NCBI RefSeq assembly: GCF_006345805.1
Contig: NC_043009.1
Span: 27,528,001-27,592,000, forward strand
Source of the DNA: Octopus sinensis
Lineage: Eukaryota
Length of the DNA: 64,000 nt
Reading direction: 5' to 3'
The position numbers and the translations under genes are program-made. Under the pieces are notes generated by a model that was not told the DNA's origin, ran no database searches, and was given only the letters and a program-made list of their open reading frames with translations. This document shows positions 11,830-26,717 of the stretch, piece after piece. How positions within the stretch are numbered: the stretch's first letter is position 1; each line of letters starts with the position of its first letter.

Positions 11830-11954
11830 TGAAAGCAGATTTCCTTGAAAATTTATGGTTTTCATGATTTAAAACAAAAGTTCTTCATATTACATAAATT
11901 ATTATTACATCAGCATTAGTTTCCTCATCAGGGAGACTGGAAAACCAGATTACC

Positions 11955-11986
<32 letters not shown>

Positions 11987-12208
11987 CAACAATAACACAA
12001 TAGCTTTCGTAGCATAACTGGTGGAACTAACAGCTAAGTTACTTGCAGCACTTGATATATTAAATTTGGTTGAGGGATTAAGAAGTTTAGTTTGTTAACC
12101 GCTGGGTTTCAGGTGCATCGGGGGAAGGTGACCATATTATAGATATATGTATGTGTATATATGTTGTTGTTGTAAGAATTCTTAATCTTTTGAGAGAACA
12201 TGAAATAA

Positions 12209-12497
12209 TTCCTTTTGGGAACAGTGGATCTCAAAGCACATAAATTTGAGATAGAAAAAGTTGAAAGTTGTCACATCCACGAATCAGCAACCATAGGTTT
12301 TATCCATCCAAAATGGTTTTTCAACCCCATATTTACAATTATATACAGCTTCATGCCTTTTGACTTCAAATGACATCAAGGTCAACTTTGGCTTGTCATC
12401 CTTTTGGGGTCGATAAAATAGGTTCCAGTTGAGCACTGGTGTTGAAAGGATTATTCATAGCTTCATGTGCTTCAAGAACCAATGTTCCAAAAAAGAA
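12209..12497 (+). mobile_element. Foldback element (same family as 62204), centre deleted, interrupted by a SINE B fragment at 12361-12444
   Basis: Left end TTCCTTTTGGGAACAGTGGATCTCAAAGCACATAAA and right end ATAGCTTCATGTGCTTCAAGAACCAATGTTCCAAAAAAGAA are inverted repeats. Confidence 0.7.
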
Positions 12498-12501
12498 GTG
12501 C

Positions 12502-12603
<102 letters not shown>

Positions 12604-13037
12604 ACATATATATATATATGTATTATATCTATCTATTTATCTATATATATATTTTAAAAATTGCCATTAAAAAATGGGTTATCTCCCCGCTAAAAAAACT
12701 GGGTTTATGTGGCAACAAGAGATTGAATTAAAAGAGAGCCTTTTGATTCAATACTTCAACATATTATTGACTCTTGGCCTCCTCAATATTCAAGGTATGA
12801 TTTGTTATAAAAATGTTACTAGATTCAATAAGATGCTTAATTTTTCAGTTTCCATGGTTATTAACTTTCTTAGTTTTTTTTCTTCTTTTATTGAGGGTTA
12901 AACAACAATTTTTTGTTGAAGGAGATAACCAAAAGTATCTATATTTCTTGTAAAACGGGGGTAGATGATCTAATTTTTAATGGGGGGGGGGTGAGATAAC
13001 CCAAAAATACCATATATATATGTATATATATTATATA

Positions 13038-13079
<42 letters not shown>

Positions 13080-13082
13080 ATA

Positions 13083-13129
<47 letters not shown>

Positions 13130-13498
13130 TATATATATACATACATACATATATATACACAATGAAAAGAAGATGACAAAGAATTAAAGATGTGTTAAAG
13201 AATTTTCTTTATCCTCTTCTTTCCATTGGATTATTTACTCTTTGCCAAACTCTATGATGATATAATCATTGTGAAGCATGGATTTTCTACACCAGAAGTA
13301 TTCAGGCTTCGGGCTGGATCCCGAAAGTGTTGATAGCCCAGTATTTGGGTTCAATACTTTTCTAGAAATAACCCCCAACTTCATACCCAAATTGACCTTG
13401 GCCATTTGCCCTATACCAAATATATATATAAATGGATGTAAAAATAAATGGAGTGAAGTACCATATACTATGTTACAATGTTGATGATGGTGATGATG

Positions 13499-13530
<32 letters not shown>

Positions 13531-13705
13531 GATTACTATTACAATTATTACCAACAGAAACAGAAAATTCTATCAACCCAATTAAAAATAGTTTCATGTT
13601 CCTCAAATTAATTACCAATATTGACTGATTTTCTTGTGCATATATGTATGTGTGAATGCATAAGTATATGTATATGTGGTATGTGCATAGAGTGTGTATC
13701 TGTGT

Positions 13706-13740
<35 letters not shown>

Positions 13741-15127
13741 AATCCAAGGAGAGTAAATTAAGTTGTCATAGAGATTCTCTACACTTTCCCATATTAATTT
13801 AATTCCAAGATTTTCTAAGAAAAGGTTTATTCTGTCTCCCTTGCTCTCCTGATTCCCTGCCCCTCTTCCCCTTTTCATCTGGATCCCTTCATGTGTTGAT
13901 GAATAACAAAACGGACAGGTTTTTGACAATGGTTTAGATCCCTTAGTCAAAACCACAACAAAAAAGAAAAAGAACTTTCTGGTGTAGAGTTTGTTTAAAA
14001 GTGTTCTAGTGTGTAAATGAGAAGAGTAAATAAAAATAAAAATAAAAATAAAAATAAAAATACTACAGCATAAAAATGATAAAAAAAAAATAATAATAAC
14101 AAAGCCAAGGAGAAGGAGAATGGAATAAGAAGGTGAAAAGGAAACAGGGTCTGTGAAATGTCCTTTAGGTTGGAAGACACCCCCTCCTGGTATTCACAGA
14201 ACAGTGGGTGGGCATTTTATTTCTATTCCTTTCACACTACTGTGGGGAGGCTGAAATCCCTAGAATTAATGACAACCAAACTCGATTTCTTGTTTTGTTT
14301 TTGTAAAGATCCAATTAAGTTATACAGGAAGGAAGTTCACCATAAAAATAAAGAAAAGCAAAATATGGCCAGGCTTTCAATGTCATTAGAGAAGGAAAGA
14401 ACCAACTAGCTTTTGGACAGACAAACAAACAGACAGATAGGTAGGCTTCACCTACCCTCCTAACTCTAAGCAGGGATAATAGGAATAGCAAAAGGAAAGG
14501 GTCATTCGTTTGATTTGTTTATATTACACTGGAGCAAACTGCATTGGACAAATAAACAAGCTATTTTACTGTTAATTGATAGTAGTGTTTTTTTGTTGTT
14601 GTTATCAGTTGATTGGCATTTATTTTTGGTAAAACAAACACCCAGCTGTCAGTTGTTGAGGGACAGAAATAGTCTGGTAGTAATGGGGAAAGAAAGGAAG
14701 ATGTTTTCCTTCAATACAACAGTAGCAGAAGACATGGTTAATTTCAGACTTATCAAAGAAATCACTCAATTGTCAAGATAACAGATTTGAAATTTAAGTC
14801 AAGATGTAAAGTGGAAATGATAAATATTGTATAATTCCAGAATACAATGAGTTCGAATGAATGGATGGATAAGAAACTCTCCAAGATACTCTGTGGGTGT
14901 TTCTATATTAAGTTAGTATGAAGGAACAGATAGGAAACTCACAGAATACTCTGTAGTGTTTATGTATAAAATTCAGAGGTTCTCAACATGGGTGGTACAT
15001 GTATGTATACATGCATGTGTATAAGGATGAATGGTTCTGTCTGTCTGTCTGTCTCTGTATCTCTCTCTCTCTCTCTCTCTCATGCACACACACACTATCT
15101 GTCTATGTAATTAGAGAGACAAGTAGA

Positions 15128-15200
15128 TAGATAGGTAGATACATAGACAGAAAGAAAGAGAAAAAAGAAATATAGATAGATAGATAGATAGATAGATAGT

Positions 15201-15252
<52 letters not shown>

Positions 15253-15269
15253 CAAACAGACAGACAGAC

Positions 15270-15332
<63 letters not shown>

Positions 15333-15417
15333 CAGACAGGCAGGCAGGTGGGCAGGCAGACAGGCAGACAGACAGACAGGCAGGCAGGCAGGCAGACAAA
15401 CAGACATACAGACAGAC

Positions 15418-15493
<76 letters not shown>

Positions 15494-15495
15494 TA
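15128..15495. repeat. Compound (GATA)n/(GACA)n/(GGCA)n tetranucleotide repeat
   Basis: Directly visible. Confidence 0.95.
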
Positions 15496-15889
15496 GATAT
15501 TTTAGTCAATCAATATGAATGTTATATATTCCAGTCAATTTATTTCAGAAAATCTCATTTCAATTTTAACAGCTTCTTTGTAGTTCATTAAAAAGGTAAA
15601 TAAATTCTGACAAGTTAAATAGATTTCTTCATTTTCCCCTTGTTTATATCTCAAGGGTCTGGAATATCATTTGACTTTAATAAACAGATAGTATCTATTG
15701 CCTCATATCACTGGCCTCATTTAAAATATTAATTTAGATTGCTTTCATGAGTTGGTGGAAAAGACCAGGTGATACTATAAATTCTTGGTTCATAGGCATT
15801 CTCTGTTTGAAATTGAAAACTTTAACTATTTTAGTACCAAACCTGCCTGAGACATTCCCTAGTTCTATGATATAGAATTACTGTTTTAA

Positions 15890-16035
15890 CCCTTTTGTTA
15901 CCATATTTCTGTTGAGATGCTCTGTGTTTCTTTCAATTAATTTCAAATATAGCAAAGAATATAGTAAAATAACTTAGTTATCATTCAGCTGGCCAATAGT
16001 TTGAAGTGACCATCAAAAACATTCTTTTATAAGGG
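15890..16035. mobile_element. Possible piggyBac-type MITE
   Basis: TTAA immediately before CCCTTT; ends in AAGGG; the right TTAA is imperfect. A second copy lies at ~5698. Confidence 0.4.
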
Positions 16036-16323
16036 TAAGGAATTTGTACTCTAGAAAATATAGAGTGACCCATCGGATTAAAGTAAAATTGTTTTTAGTA
16101 TAACTGAACATAAAAGCAAAAATTAATATATATATTCACATGCACACATTTGATATATATATATATATACAATTGCAGCATGGAAGGTGTTCATAACAAA
16201 AACTGTTAGTTTCACTTTAACATTTAAATTTAATTTGTCACAATATTTTCGTCGCTTTGAGACCATGACCTGTTCACTGACAAAATTCCGTGCTGCATCT
16301 GAGAAAGTAACAATTAGTTCACG

Positions 16324-16354
<31 letters not shown>

Positions 16355-16724
16355 CGTATATGAACGTGTATGTATGTACGTATGTATGTATGTGTACATG
16401 TAAGCATGTGAGTATGCATATGTGTACATGTGTGCATGCCTATATGCATGTATGTATGTACGAATGTACTTATGTATGTGAGTATCTAAGTATGTAAGTG
16501 TGTAGATGTGTCTGTGTGTGTCTATACGTGTATGTACATGTGAACATATGTTTATGTACTGGTGTTTGTGTCTATTAAAGTTGTATACATGACTGTTACT
16601 CTGTCAAAGGTTGCATACATATACATATATATAGATACACACACATATATATATGTGTGTGTGTGTGTGTGCGTTTGTCCCTCTCACCACTGTCTAACAA
16701 TGAATGGATATGTATATATATATA

Positions 16725-16885
16725 ATGGTTTCTTCCAGTTTCTGTCAACCAAATCCACTGACAAGGCTTTGGTCAACATGGAGTTACAGCAGAAAATACT
16801 TTCTGAAGGTACCACACAATGGAAATTGAACCCAAGACCACGGGGTTAGGAAGCAAGCTTTTTAACCATAGAGCCACATAACCTT
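16725..16885 (-). mobile_element. SINE family A, 5' half
   Basis: Reverse complement has TGTGGCTCTATGGTTAAAAAGCTTGCTTCCTAACC...GGGTTCAATTTCC...CAAAGCCTTGTCAGTGGATTTGG. Confidence 0.75.
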
Positions 16886-17413
16886 ACAGCCACACCTAAT
16901 TAATTGTGTTTAGAAATGATTCTGCATTTCCTGTTTTCATACTATTTTAGAAGAGAACTATTTTAATTATTAGGAAAATTTCTATAAAAAGATACCATAA
17001 AATGACATAAGAGAAGATTTGTGGAAAATTCAATTTTTTTCAATTTGTTGTTTGTTGGCAAGCAATTGTTTAGTAAATGTCTTTCTTTCTTTTTTTCTTG
17101 AAATTACACAAAAAATCATCAAGTTTTGGAATTAGTAGTGAAATATTACATCTACATAATACTACATGAACAAATTAATTCTAATCTATTGTAACCAAAA
17201 ATTTCGATAATTAATTCAATGAAAATAAAAATTAGTTTCTTTCTTTTTTTTATTATTTATTTGTTTGTTTATCCCTCTGGGCAAAAAGATATGGTAAGAA
17301 TGTCTGAAAGAAAAATTTGACTTAAAGATGTGTCAACATGCAAAATCTCCACAGACTTTGTAATTCCTCCACATACATACACACAAACACACACATTTAT
17401 ATATATGTATAAA

Positions 17414-17450
<37 letters not shown>

Positions 17451-18149
17451 TTACTAATACATGTGTTTATTGACTAATGTGTGTGTATACATTTATTTTT
17501 AAGAATATATGTGTCGATTTAAAATATTTTCATATTGCATGTAAGAATGTTTATAAGGCATAGTCTGGACTGGAATTTCTGTTAATTGAAAAATTTACAC
17601 AAATTCCTATTGACTGAAGCCAAGACTTAAACCGTGAAGGTTAACGACTAAAGTGTTGAAATAAGCTTGGTAAACTAATTGCTGAAATGAGACCTGTTGC
17701 TACAAGGAATGTTGGAGACAATTTCTATTTGCATTTGAAACCCCCAAGATACCTTACCATATTAGCTTCAACAAGGTAAAATTAGATTTTAGTAATTGGT
17801 TGTTATTAAGAGAAATTTTGCAACAAGAATTTACTGAAGCAAGGACATAAATCTCAAAATGTATGTCAAATCACTTGTGAGGTCTCTCATGAGTGCTACT
17901 TATTTCTTTTTTAAGCAATGTGGTCACATGTAAGTGCAAAGATTTGGTGGTGTTTCTCTAACATTACAATACCAATAAAAACCAAAGAATGCTACTGGTA
18001 ACATGGAAACCGGTACAACCTGTTTGATGGTTGGGTCATTGGGGACTATACTGGCACCTCCACTGGGCTTGCCTGGCGAGGGGGATTGCTAGAAACCCAG
18101 CAGGACTGTAAACAAGACTTGTTGAAAAGACAGATAAACCTAAAGTAAC

Positions 18150-18385
18150 CTTCTCGAGTCATACTGATTCATAAGGGCCAATTTCTCAGTTTCAAGGCAT
18201 ATACATTCCCCACCTGGATGGGGCGCTAGTCCTTTGTAGGATTAACTCACTTTTACCAGCTGAGGGGACAGGAAAAATGTGAATTGAAGTGTTTTGCTGA
18301 AGAACACAATACATTGCCCAGGCCAGGAATCAAAAACACAATCTTATGATCATGAGTACAACACCCTAATCATTAAGCTACACCT
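18150..18385 (-). mobile_element. tRNA-headed SINE (front module 2 + tail Y)
   Basis: Front resembles 59130-59263; tail GGACTAGCGCCCCATCCAGGTGGGG...GAAACTGAGAAATTGGCCC resembles 59829-59934. Confidence 0.75.
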
Positions 18386-18769
18386 CTGCACAGATGAACC
18401 TTGTGTAGGTTTAACAACTATCTTACAGTAGCACAGGCCCTCAGAAATCCCAGATTGGTATCTGGCATGCTGGAAGACAGCTGGGAGTGAGGCACCCATC
18501 CCTTAGCTTTTATTAAAGCATGTCTCTAGAACCAATTTCAAAACTAGGCTATGTCTGCTCTGGTAACCAACAGTGACTTGGTCAGTGGATCCTCTGTGAC
18601 TGTCGACAGTCAATGGCAAGATGAGGTGCTAAGAATCACACTATTCCAAAGTGTGTATCCATGTGATTGGGGACTACATGTGAACCTGTATTCTCACCGA
18701 AACTCTGAACCTGAGCTAGTCATTGATTGGAGCCTGCATAACCTACCCAGGGTGAAGCCTGCAAGAAAT

Positions 18770-19044
18770 ACAAGTGTAAATCTTAAAATTTATACATGAG
18801 AATAATATTTGTTTCAATATACCAAACTCAATTGTCAGGATCCTTTTGTAATGGGTTCCATAAGGTAAAAGAAGATGAGGCCAACCAAAGGAAATGTGTT
18901 GGAGAGCAATAACAAAAGATCTTAAAAGCAGAGGGTTAAGAGTGGAACAAGCTGTAAAGGACGCTTTCAGTGTTAGATGGTGGAATGATCTTGCTGTTAC
19001 CTCAAGTGCCACAAGGCACAATGAGAACTGAATGTAATGTAATG
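18770..19044 (+). mobile_element. Decayed C-terminus of a second RTE-clade LINE
   Basis: Translation with stops IPNSIVRILL*WVP*GKRR*GQPKEMCWRAITKDLKSRGLRVEQAVKDAFSVRWWNDLAVTSSATRHNEN* follows the RTE pattern WxPxGKRxRGRP...DL...GL...W. Short (TGTAA)n tail. Confidence 0.7.
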
Positions 19045-19214
19045 TTTTAGTTTTGTGGAAATACATCTGAAGTGTTCTAAATGTCCTGTGCTGATTAGTT
19101 GTGTTGAAGTCAAGGTTACATGTTTAGTGTTGGTGCTATGGAAAATACACTCTGCACATGGCAGAAAATGTGTGGTTTTAAGGACCATTTAGTCTTGTCA
19201 AGGACACAAAATGT

Positions 19215-19425
19215 CTTTAATGCTGGCACCACAGTACAAAACTGAAAAGGCACTGAATACACCCAGTAAAATGGTTAGCAAAGGCATCCAGTCATAAAAG
19301 CTAAACCAAAACTGAAAGTGCAAGCAATGTATGGTCCTCTGATCTATTGTGGGGAGCAGTATTTCTAAATATGTGATGACCCATCCAACCCATGCCAACA
19401 TGGAAAGCAAATGTAAGACGATGAG
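19215..19425 (+). mobile_element. RTE-type LINE 3' tail (degenerate)
   Basis: AAAGGCATCCAGTCATAAAA...CCATCCAACCCATGCCAACATGGAAAGCAAATGTAAGACGATG. Confidence 0.7.
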
Positions 19426-22147
19426 GGTAATGATGGTGGGGGTGGCGGTGGTGGTGGTAGTAGTGTTAATGAGGAAAATAAAATACCTTGTTATGGACTA
19501 AATAAAAGTAACGTCATTAATCATGCCAACTAACAACCAATCTCTCACACTTCCAAAATCTCAAAGACATTTGTAAGAATCCTTGACATCTTCCTCCAAT
19601 ACATCAAATCCTTCCTCTTCCTCATTGATTTTCTGCATAGTTTCCATAAAGCTAGTTCTCCTGGAAACCCGCTCTCTTGTGTTACTCCTAAGTTACTCAC
19701 CAGTCATGTCTCACTTTTAAAATATTTAGCAAAGTACAATGTTGATGCATTTGATATCAGGAAGATTTAGCTGCTATATCTAGCGGGCTAAATGACTATG
19801 TAGTGGCTTCTCATTGACTCATTAAAGTATCATTGTTGTTTAACCCCCAGTCAGCTCTAATGGAGTAGGTTTATGATCAAAGACATTCCAGCCATGCACA
19901 TCCTATCATTCTAAAACCATATCGGATGACATAATATCTAATATGTCCATTCTTTTCTAACACAGTAGGATACGATTTCAGGAAGATTTAGCTGCTATCT
20001 TTAGCAGGTAGCGCAACCACTCAGAGGTTCACTAATCATTGTTTTCCTAACAGGTACAATGTTATTGGAAAAATAAATCAATGACCAATCAATTCTAATA
20101 ATAGGTTGAGATGGTTGACACCTCTCATTTGCAATGTCTTCATACTCTGGTGGAATAATTTACCATTTTTATTTCTATGAGTTCCAACTGTAATTATGCT
20201 AAACACAGAATGGAATTAAGAAGATTTCTTTTTTAAGCAACGTGGTCACAAGTAACTGCAAAGATTCAGCAATATTTCTGTGACATAATGGCACCAATAA
20301 AAACCAAAAAATTCTTAGATAATCGATACCAGCCATAAGAATGCTTGCCCTGGAGGCTGGGTGAAAAGCACAACATAACATGTTTACAGTTTATCCTAAA
20401 GAATCTGTTGAGAAGTGTTCCAATCAAAACATTGATCGAATGAAACCATAGCAGGTTGGTAGAGAATATGTAGGACAAACTATGAAAAATAAAAGTTCAA
20501 ACATAAACAAAAAAAAAATAGAAGGGATAAAATATGGTCGTAGAATGCTACATGTAGATAGGAATGCTACATGTACACAGCAATGCTACATGTTAGTGTT
20601 AAAAGATAAATGTTGGTGAGCAATACTCTCACTGATCTATGTTTTTGCCTAGAGATGTTCTTTGTTTTGGTGTAAAAAAAACATTGTCAATGTTGGCATC
20701 ATTGTAATCCTCCTCCTCCTCCTCCTCCTCACACACGCATACACACGCACACACACACACATACATACTCAGTACTGCACCTCCATTCATGGGTTTCAGG
20801 ACTGCATTTTATGTTCCAGAATCTGCTTTGGAAAGAGTTCGACAAAATGATGCCCTTCCCAATGCCAACCATTTTAGAATGTGCAGTGGGTACTGTTTTC
20901 CATGCCACCAGCACTAACGAAGTGACCACACAGTTTTCAGAACTACCAGCCTTGAGGGGGCAGATTTATACAAGAAGATAAGGGTTATGAGAGAAACAAC
21001 AGGGATAAAATAGCTTTCTTGCTGTAGAGGAGACACATGACTACTCGCGTTTAAGGAAAATGGTGTGGGAGTGAATAGGTGGATTTGGATATAAATAATG
21101 ATGATGATGATGTGTCTGGGTGAACCCTCAAGATACAAAGTGAGTAGAAGTGGATGGTTGGAGGCTGCTAGTGGAAATTCTCTATTCTTACACAGTATAA
21201 GCTATATGCATTATATGCTAGTTTTTGAAATTATTATTCTTTTATAGTTCATATATATACATTTTATCTCTTTATCTATATATATTCTTTATACATTATG
21301 TTTATATCATATCACATTCTTATTTCATTATAGAGAACATACTTTTATTTTTCTGTTCATTTTATCATTTTATTGTGAATACTACATTGATATTATATCT
21401 ACCTTTCAAACAAATAATGTTTTCATCACATATCCACTTATACATTTCAAAATGTATATATAATTTTATTATAGACTATCATTATTTATTTGTATACATC
21501 TTACTTCAGCTATGTCATCTCATTATTTCTATCCATAAATTATATTAAATCTTAATATTTCATTTTATATTGCTTTTTCCATTCTTCAATATGTATATTC
21601 TCAACAATTGTTTCCCTATTTTCAGTTATTATCTCTCTCTCTCTCTCTCTCTTTCTCCCTGTTTTTTTTTCTCTAGTTTATTCTATGAAAAAAAAATCTG
21701 AATGTAGCCTAAAATATGTGATCTGTGTAGAACCAAGACATCTTCCTACATCAATAAAAATGGTTGCAATTAACTTTCATTTCCTACAAACACTATAGAA
21801 TTCTTCTCCATTGATGTTTACATTATTTCTCATTTCTCAGAAAGAAATAAGCTTTTCAGGGTGGGTGGGGGCACAGGCAAACATGTATTTTCTGTTTAGA
21901 ATCTCATTCAGCACCCCTTCCTTATCCACACACTAAAAAACACAGCTGAAACTTTAAATAAAAGCAATGCTTTCTATTTCAATAATACAGACCGTCAACT
22001 TCGTTTTGTCTTTGTTCGGTTGTAAATATCTTTTTAGTGACAGCAAATACGTTATCCATGTACACCGGGACAAATATTTTATTTCACTGTGTAAGAGATG
22101 AAGAGCAGATAAGAAATGTATGAGCATATGTGAGCGAGTGAGTGTAG

Positions 22148-22181
<34 letters not shown>

Positions 22182-22609
22182 ATGGATGTATGTACATGAG
22201 TGTGAGCAGATTCAAGGCTGCATGTTCGAGTGGGTTGGTGTGTTTAGTGAATGTGTGTAAGTTGTTACTCCAGGTTTCTCATTCCAGTTCTTCAACCATC
22301 AGAGAATCAAGAACAAGAAACTCCAAGTATCAACTCAAACAGACTCAGCTGTGCATAGAAACTATTCAACCAAATCTACCATATTGAGTTCTTTCTTTCA
22401 CTTAGTTGCATTTCACATAGGTGTGTTGCCACTATAGATAAAGTTGTCCTTGGAGGGATTTGGACTAAGCATTCAGAATTAAAACAAGTACTGCAAAGTA
22501 TTCTATCCACTGCTGTAATGACTCTGCCAATTCACCTTCCTGATTTATTATGATAAGGATGTATCTATCTTTACTATTTTGATACTATATCCTTATTACT
22601 AGCAATGAT

Positions 22610-22735
22610 AAGGCAGCAAGCTGGCATAATCGTTAGCATGTTGGGCTAGATGCTTATCGGTATTTTGTTTGTTGTTACTTTCTGAGTTCAAATTCTGCTG
22701 AGGTCAACCTTGCCTTTCATCCTTTCAAGATCGAG
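22610..22735 (+). mobile_element. SINE family B, 5' part
   Basis: GGCAGCAAGCTGGCATAATCGTTAGC...GAGTTCAAATTCTGCTGAGGTCAACCTTGCCTTTCATCCTTTC. Confidence 0.8.
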
Positions 22736-23465
22736 TGTACCATTGATTCGTGTAATATGTTTTATGTGTGGTTTACATATATTTAATAGGAATAGTGGTC
22801 TGATGTGCATTGTATAGGGTTTTGTATTGATCTGTGGTTTCCATATACATATGTATTTATCTGTATATACAGACACATAATTACACTCAAATTAGACATA
22901 TACAAACGCATATACATACAAACACAAATATATTTTTTATAATACTTATTATTGACTTAGAAAAAGTAAATAACCTTCAGGTTAATGCTCAATACATTAA
23001 ACAAATATAGAGCTTTTATATAATTATTTATAAAAAAAAACACAAAAGATTTTATATATATGTGTGTGTATGCATGCATATATTTTTACGAATAAATATT
23101 CAAAAAATGTCAACCATTTTTATTAGTGGGTCTGCAATTTGCTTTATGGAAACTCCAAATGAAATTCTAAGAGTGTTCCATACATTTTAGAATATTTTCT
23201 TGCTTGGCAGTCCCTTTCCACAGACCATGATTTGGAGATGGAGTTGACAGACTTCTAATTATATGGTAATGAGTTCAAACTTTCACCACAACTATAGTTG
23301 TTGGAGTGGGTCCTTCAAAATGGTCACAACTATACTTGTCTTATTTAGTTCTCTTTGGAAATAAATTTCCTTTTTATTTCATGGTTGAATAACAATCAAT
23401 AAATACACCTATCGATAACAACATACCTACTAATAAATGTATTTATCCATAAACATACCCTCCAG

Positions 23466-23655
<190 letters not shown>

Positions 23656-24405
23656 TATGTATATGGTTTAATAAACACGGTATATATTTTTATGAGCTAG
23701 TAACAGTTTCATGTGATGAAAACAACTAAGACAGCATTTTACAGCATGTCTGGTGCCTTCATGCAATATTCAAACTATGCCCACATGGCACTTTGAAGCT
23801 AAAACAGGATGATAGAATTAGAGAAATAATGAGAAAAGGTGAGAAGAAAGCAGATGTCAAAGGAGGATAAGAAAAAAGGAAAAAGGCGGGGGGAGAGAAT
23901 TAGAGTTATGTCCTCTTTGACTATAAAGCCATAATGAGACTGAATGGATAGGGGCCAAGAGTTTGTGGTACAGCTGCTCAATTTGGAGAAGGTGGTTTTT
24001 TCCAGTTCACTATCAGGAACTTATCCATATATTCACATACCTTGGTAATTTCAAATTTGGAATTTGGCAGTGTGATGGAGTTCTTAGATCTGTTGAACTG
24101 TCCAACCCACACCAGTATGGGAAACAGGCATTTAGTGACGATGGTCATGATGATGATGATGATGACAATAATGGTGATGATGATGATGTTTCATTAAAAG
24201 CAAACAGAAAATCTTACTCAGTAACAGTCATGTGATCAAAGATTAAACGAAAGAAAGAGAAAGAGAGAGGGGTTAAGTTGTAACTTTGACCGTAAAACCT
24301 TCACCTCCAAGTTTAAAGGAATAATTATGTGGAATGTGTATACATTTCTTTCTGATAGTCTGTTGACATGGCATGAGTTTAGTTTACTTCTTAGTGTAGC
24401 TGTCC

Positions 24406-24481
<76 letters not shown>

Positions 24482-24790
24482 AAATAAAGAAGTAACAGTT
24501 TTAAAAAACACAAATATGACAGTCCTTATAACAATATCTGTGCAGTGTGATAGTGACAGTGACAGAACAATGAATCCTGTATTGAAGACAACCGGGACAA
24601 TGGAAAATATTGTCCATTGTCTTCTAATGCCATTATTTGTTTTCAAAGATATTAGCAGCAATATTGAGCAAATATTTCGATTTTCTTCAACAAATATACA
24701 AATAATTTCTTCCTCAAATTCGTGTTTGGCACATTCAGTGTAGTTTAGATTATTTACCTTTTTTTATTATTTATTATTTTTTTTTCATGT

Positions 24791-25080
24791 GAAGGCATGT
24801 GACTTACTAGTTACTGTGTTGCCCTTAAGATCTAGCTATTGTGGGTTCGAATACTGGATTGAGTGGCACATGGTGTTTGTGAGCAAAACACTTCATTTCA
24901 AGTTGCTCCAGTCCACTCAGCTGTAAACGAGCACACCCTGCTATGGATAGCTTTCTGATCGGATAGAGTGTTGATCTGCTCACCTAGCCAGTGGGGTGGC
25001 ATCATTTGAAAGCTAAACCAATACAAAGTGCATTGTAGCCAGCGATGTATAACAACACCCACTAGTCTGATCGATCACAT
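24791..25080 (+). mobile_element. tRNA-headed SINE (front module 2 + a different tail, W)
   Basis: GGGTTCGAATACT B box, then GAGCAAAACACTTCATTTCAAGTTGCTCCAGTCCACTCAGCTG core shared with 58960-59263. Confidence 0.7.
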
Positions 25081-26315
25081 AATTTATTATTTAATACCAA
25101 GTGCAGTCTAAGTGAAGACATGTGGTCTGGTGGTTAGAGTGTTGGAGTCATGATCATTAAGGTTGTTAGTTCAGTTCTGGAAATTGGTTAACAATGCACT
25201 TAATCTTATGCTGCTCCAGTACATTCAGCTAAAAATAAGCACCAGTAACCTCTGAGGGTTGATCCTGTGGTAGACTGGTATTTTACACTGGCATTCAATT
25301 TTGGCGGCACAGTCCATTATAGCCAAAACAGCTGTAAGCTCTTGAAGGTGGCAATGTAGTTCCTTTTATTTTGTCATTCATTTATTAACTGATACCATGC
25401 TCTATATTTATTTTCTGATTCATCATCTGTCTATCCATTCGTCCGTCCGTCCGTCCATCTGTCTGTCAATTCATCTGTCTGTCTATCCATTTATCTGTAG
25501 TGATGTACAAGTATATAATAGATATTGACTTATCTATACACGTAAAAATATATCAGAAGCAGACATGGGCATGTTTGTGCATGTATCTATACGTTTTCTG
25601 AGTATCATATGTAGACATGCTTGTTTTACCAGATATTTGAAATTTAGATATATTGACAATATGTTCACACCTGTACAAACGCATGCCTACATACCTGAAA
25701 AATCTCAGTACAATATATTTATCAACATGTACATCTTCATCATCATCATCATCATAATCATCTTTTAACATCAGTGTGACAGTGAAAGAAAGAGTGAGAG
25801 AATGGTGGTGATGGTGGTGGTGGTTGGGAGACAGAATGGGAAAGTGATAAGCATGGAACAGTCAAGACAGATAAATTAAATGATTTGTTAGTCTCTTTCT
25901 GATTTAGTTATGTTCTCCCACCAGACAATGCTACAAAATGGAAAAAAAAAATTAATGAAATAAAAAAAATAACTACAAAAAATTGTACTTACCATCCTCT
26001 GGCTAACTGTGCTAATACATACCCACGCATATAAATACATGGGTGTACACACACACACATACACACACACATATATATACACACATATATGTACACACAT
26101 GTAAAAATACATAAATATATATACATATATACATGCATATATATATATATGTATGTATATATATATGTATATACATATACACATATATATGGATATATAT
26201 ATATCCACATATACCTATCTATCTATATACTTTTGCATGTATATACATACACAAGCATATACAAATTCATGCACATATGCACACACACACACACATATCT
26301 GTATATGTGTGTGTG

Positions 26316-26377
<62 letters not shown>

Positions 26378-26600
26378 TGTATATATATATGCCTGCATGT
26401 TTGAAGACAACATTGTGATATACATGTTAATCAGTGCAGTAAGTTTGGTATGTTGTCTCTGGCATAATTCAAATAAAGATTCCTCTCTATATAATTTGGC
26501 ACTGTCTTGCTGTGAGTTCAACAGTTATTTTCCATTTCTCTAGTTTATGGATTACATTTTAATCTATGGCTACTAATGTAAATTGAAATACAGTCAATAT

Positions 26601-26646
<46 letters not shown>

Positions 26647-26647
26647 C

Positions 26648-26717
<70 letters not shown>

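Noticed and set aside
11915-11935. CTGATGAG-GAAAC on the minus strand resembling a hammerhead core
   Set aside because: No stem II between the core segments and no stem I pairing.
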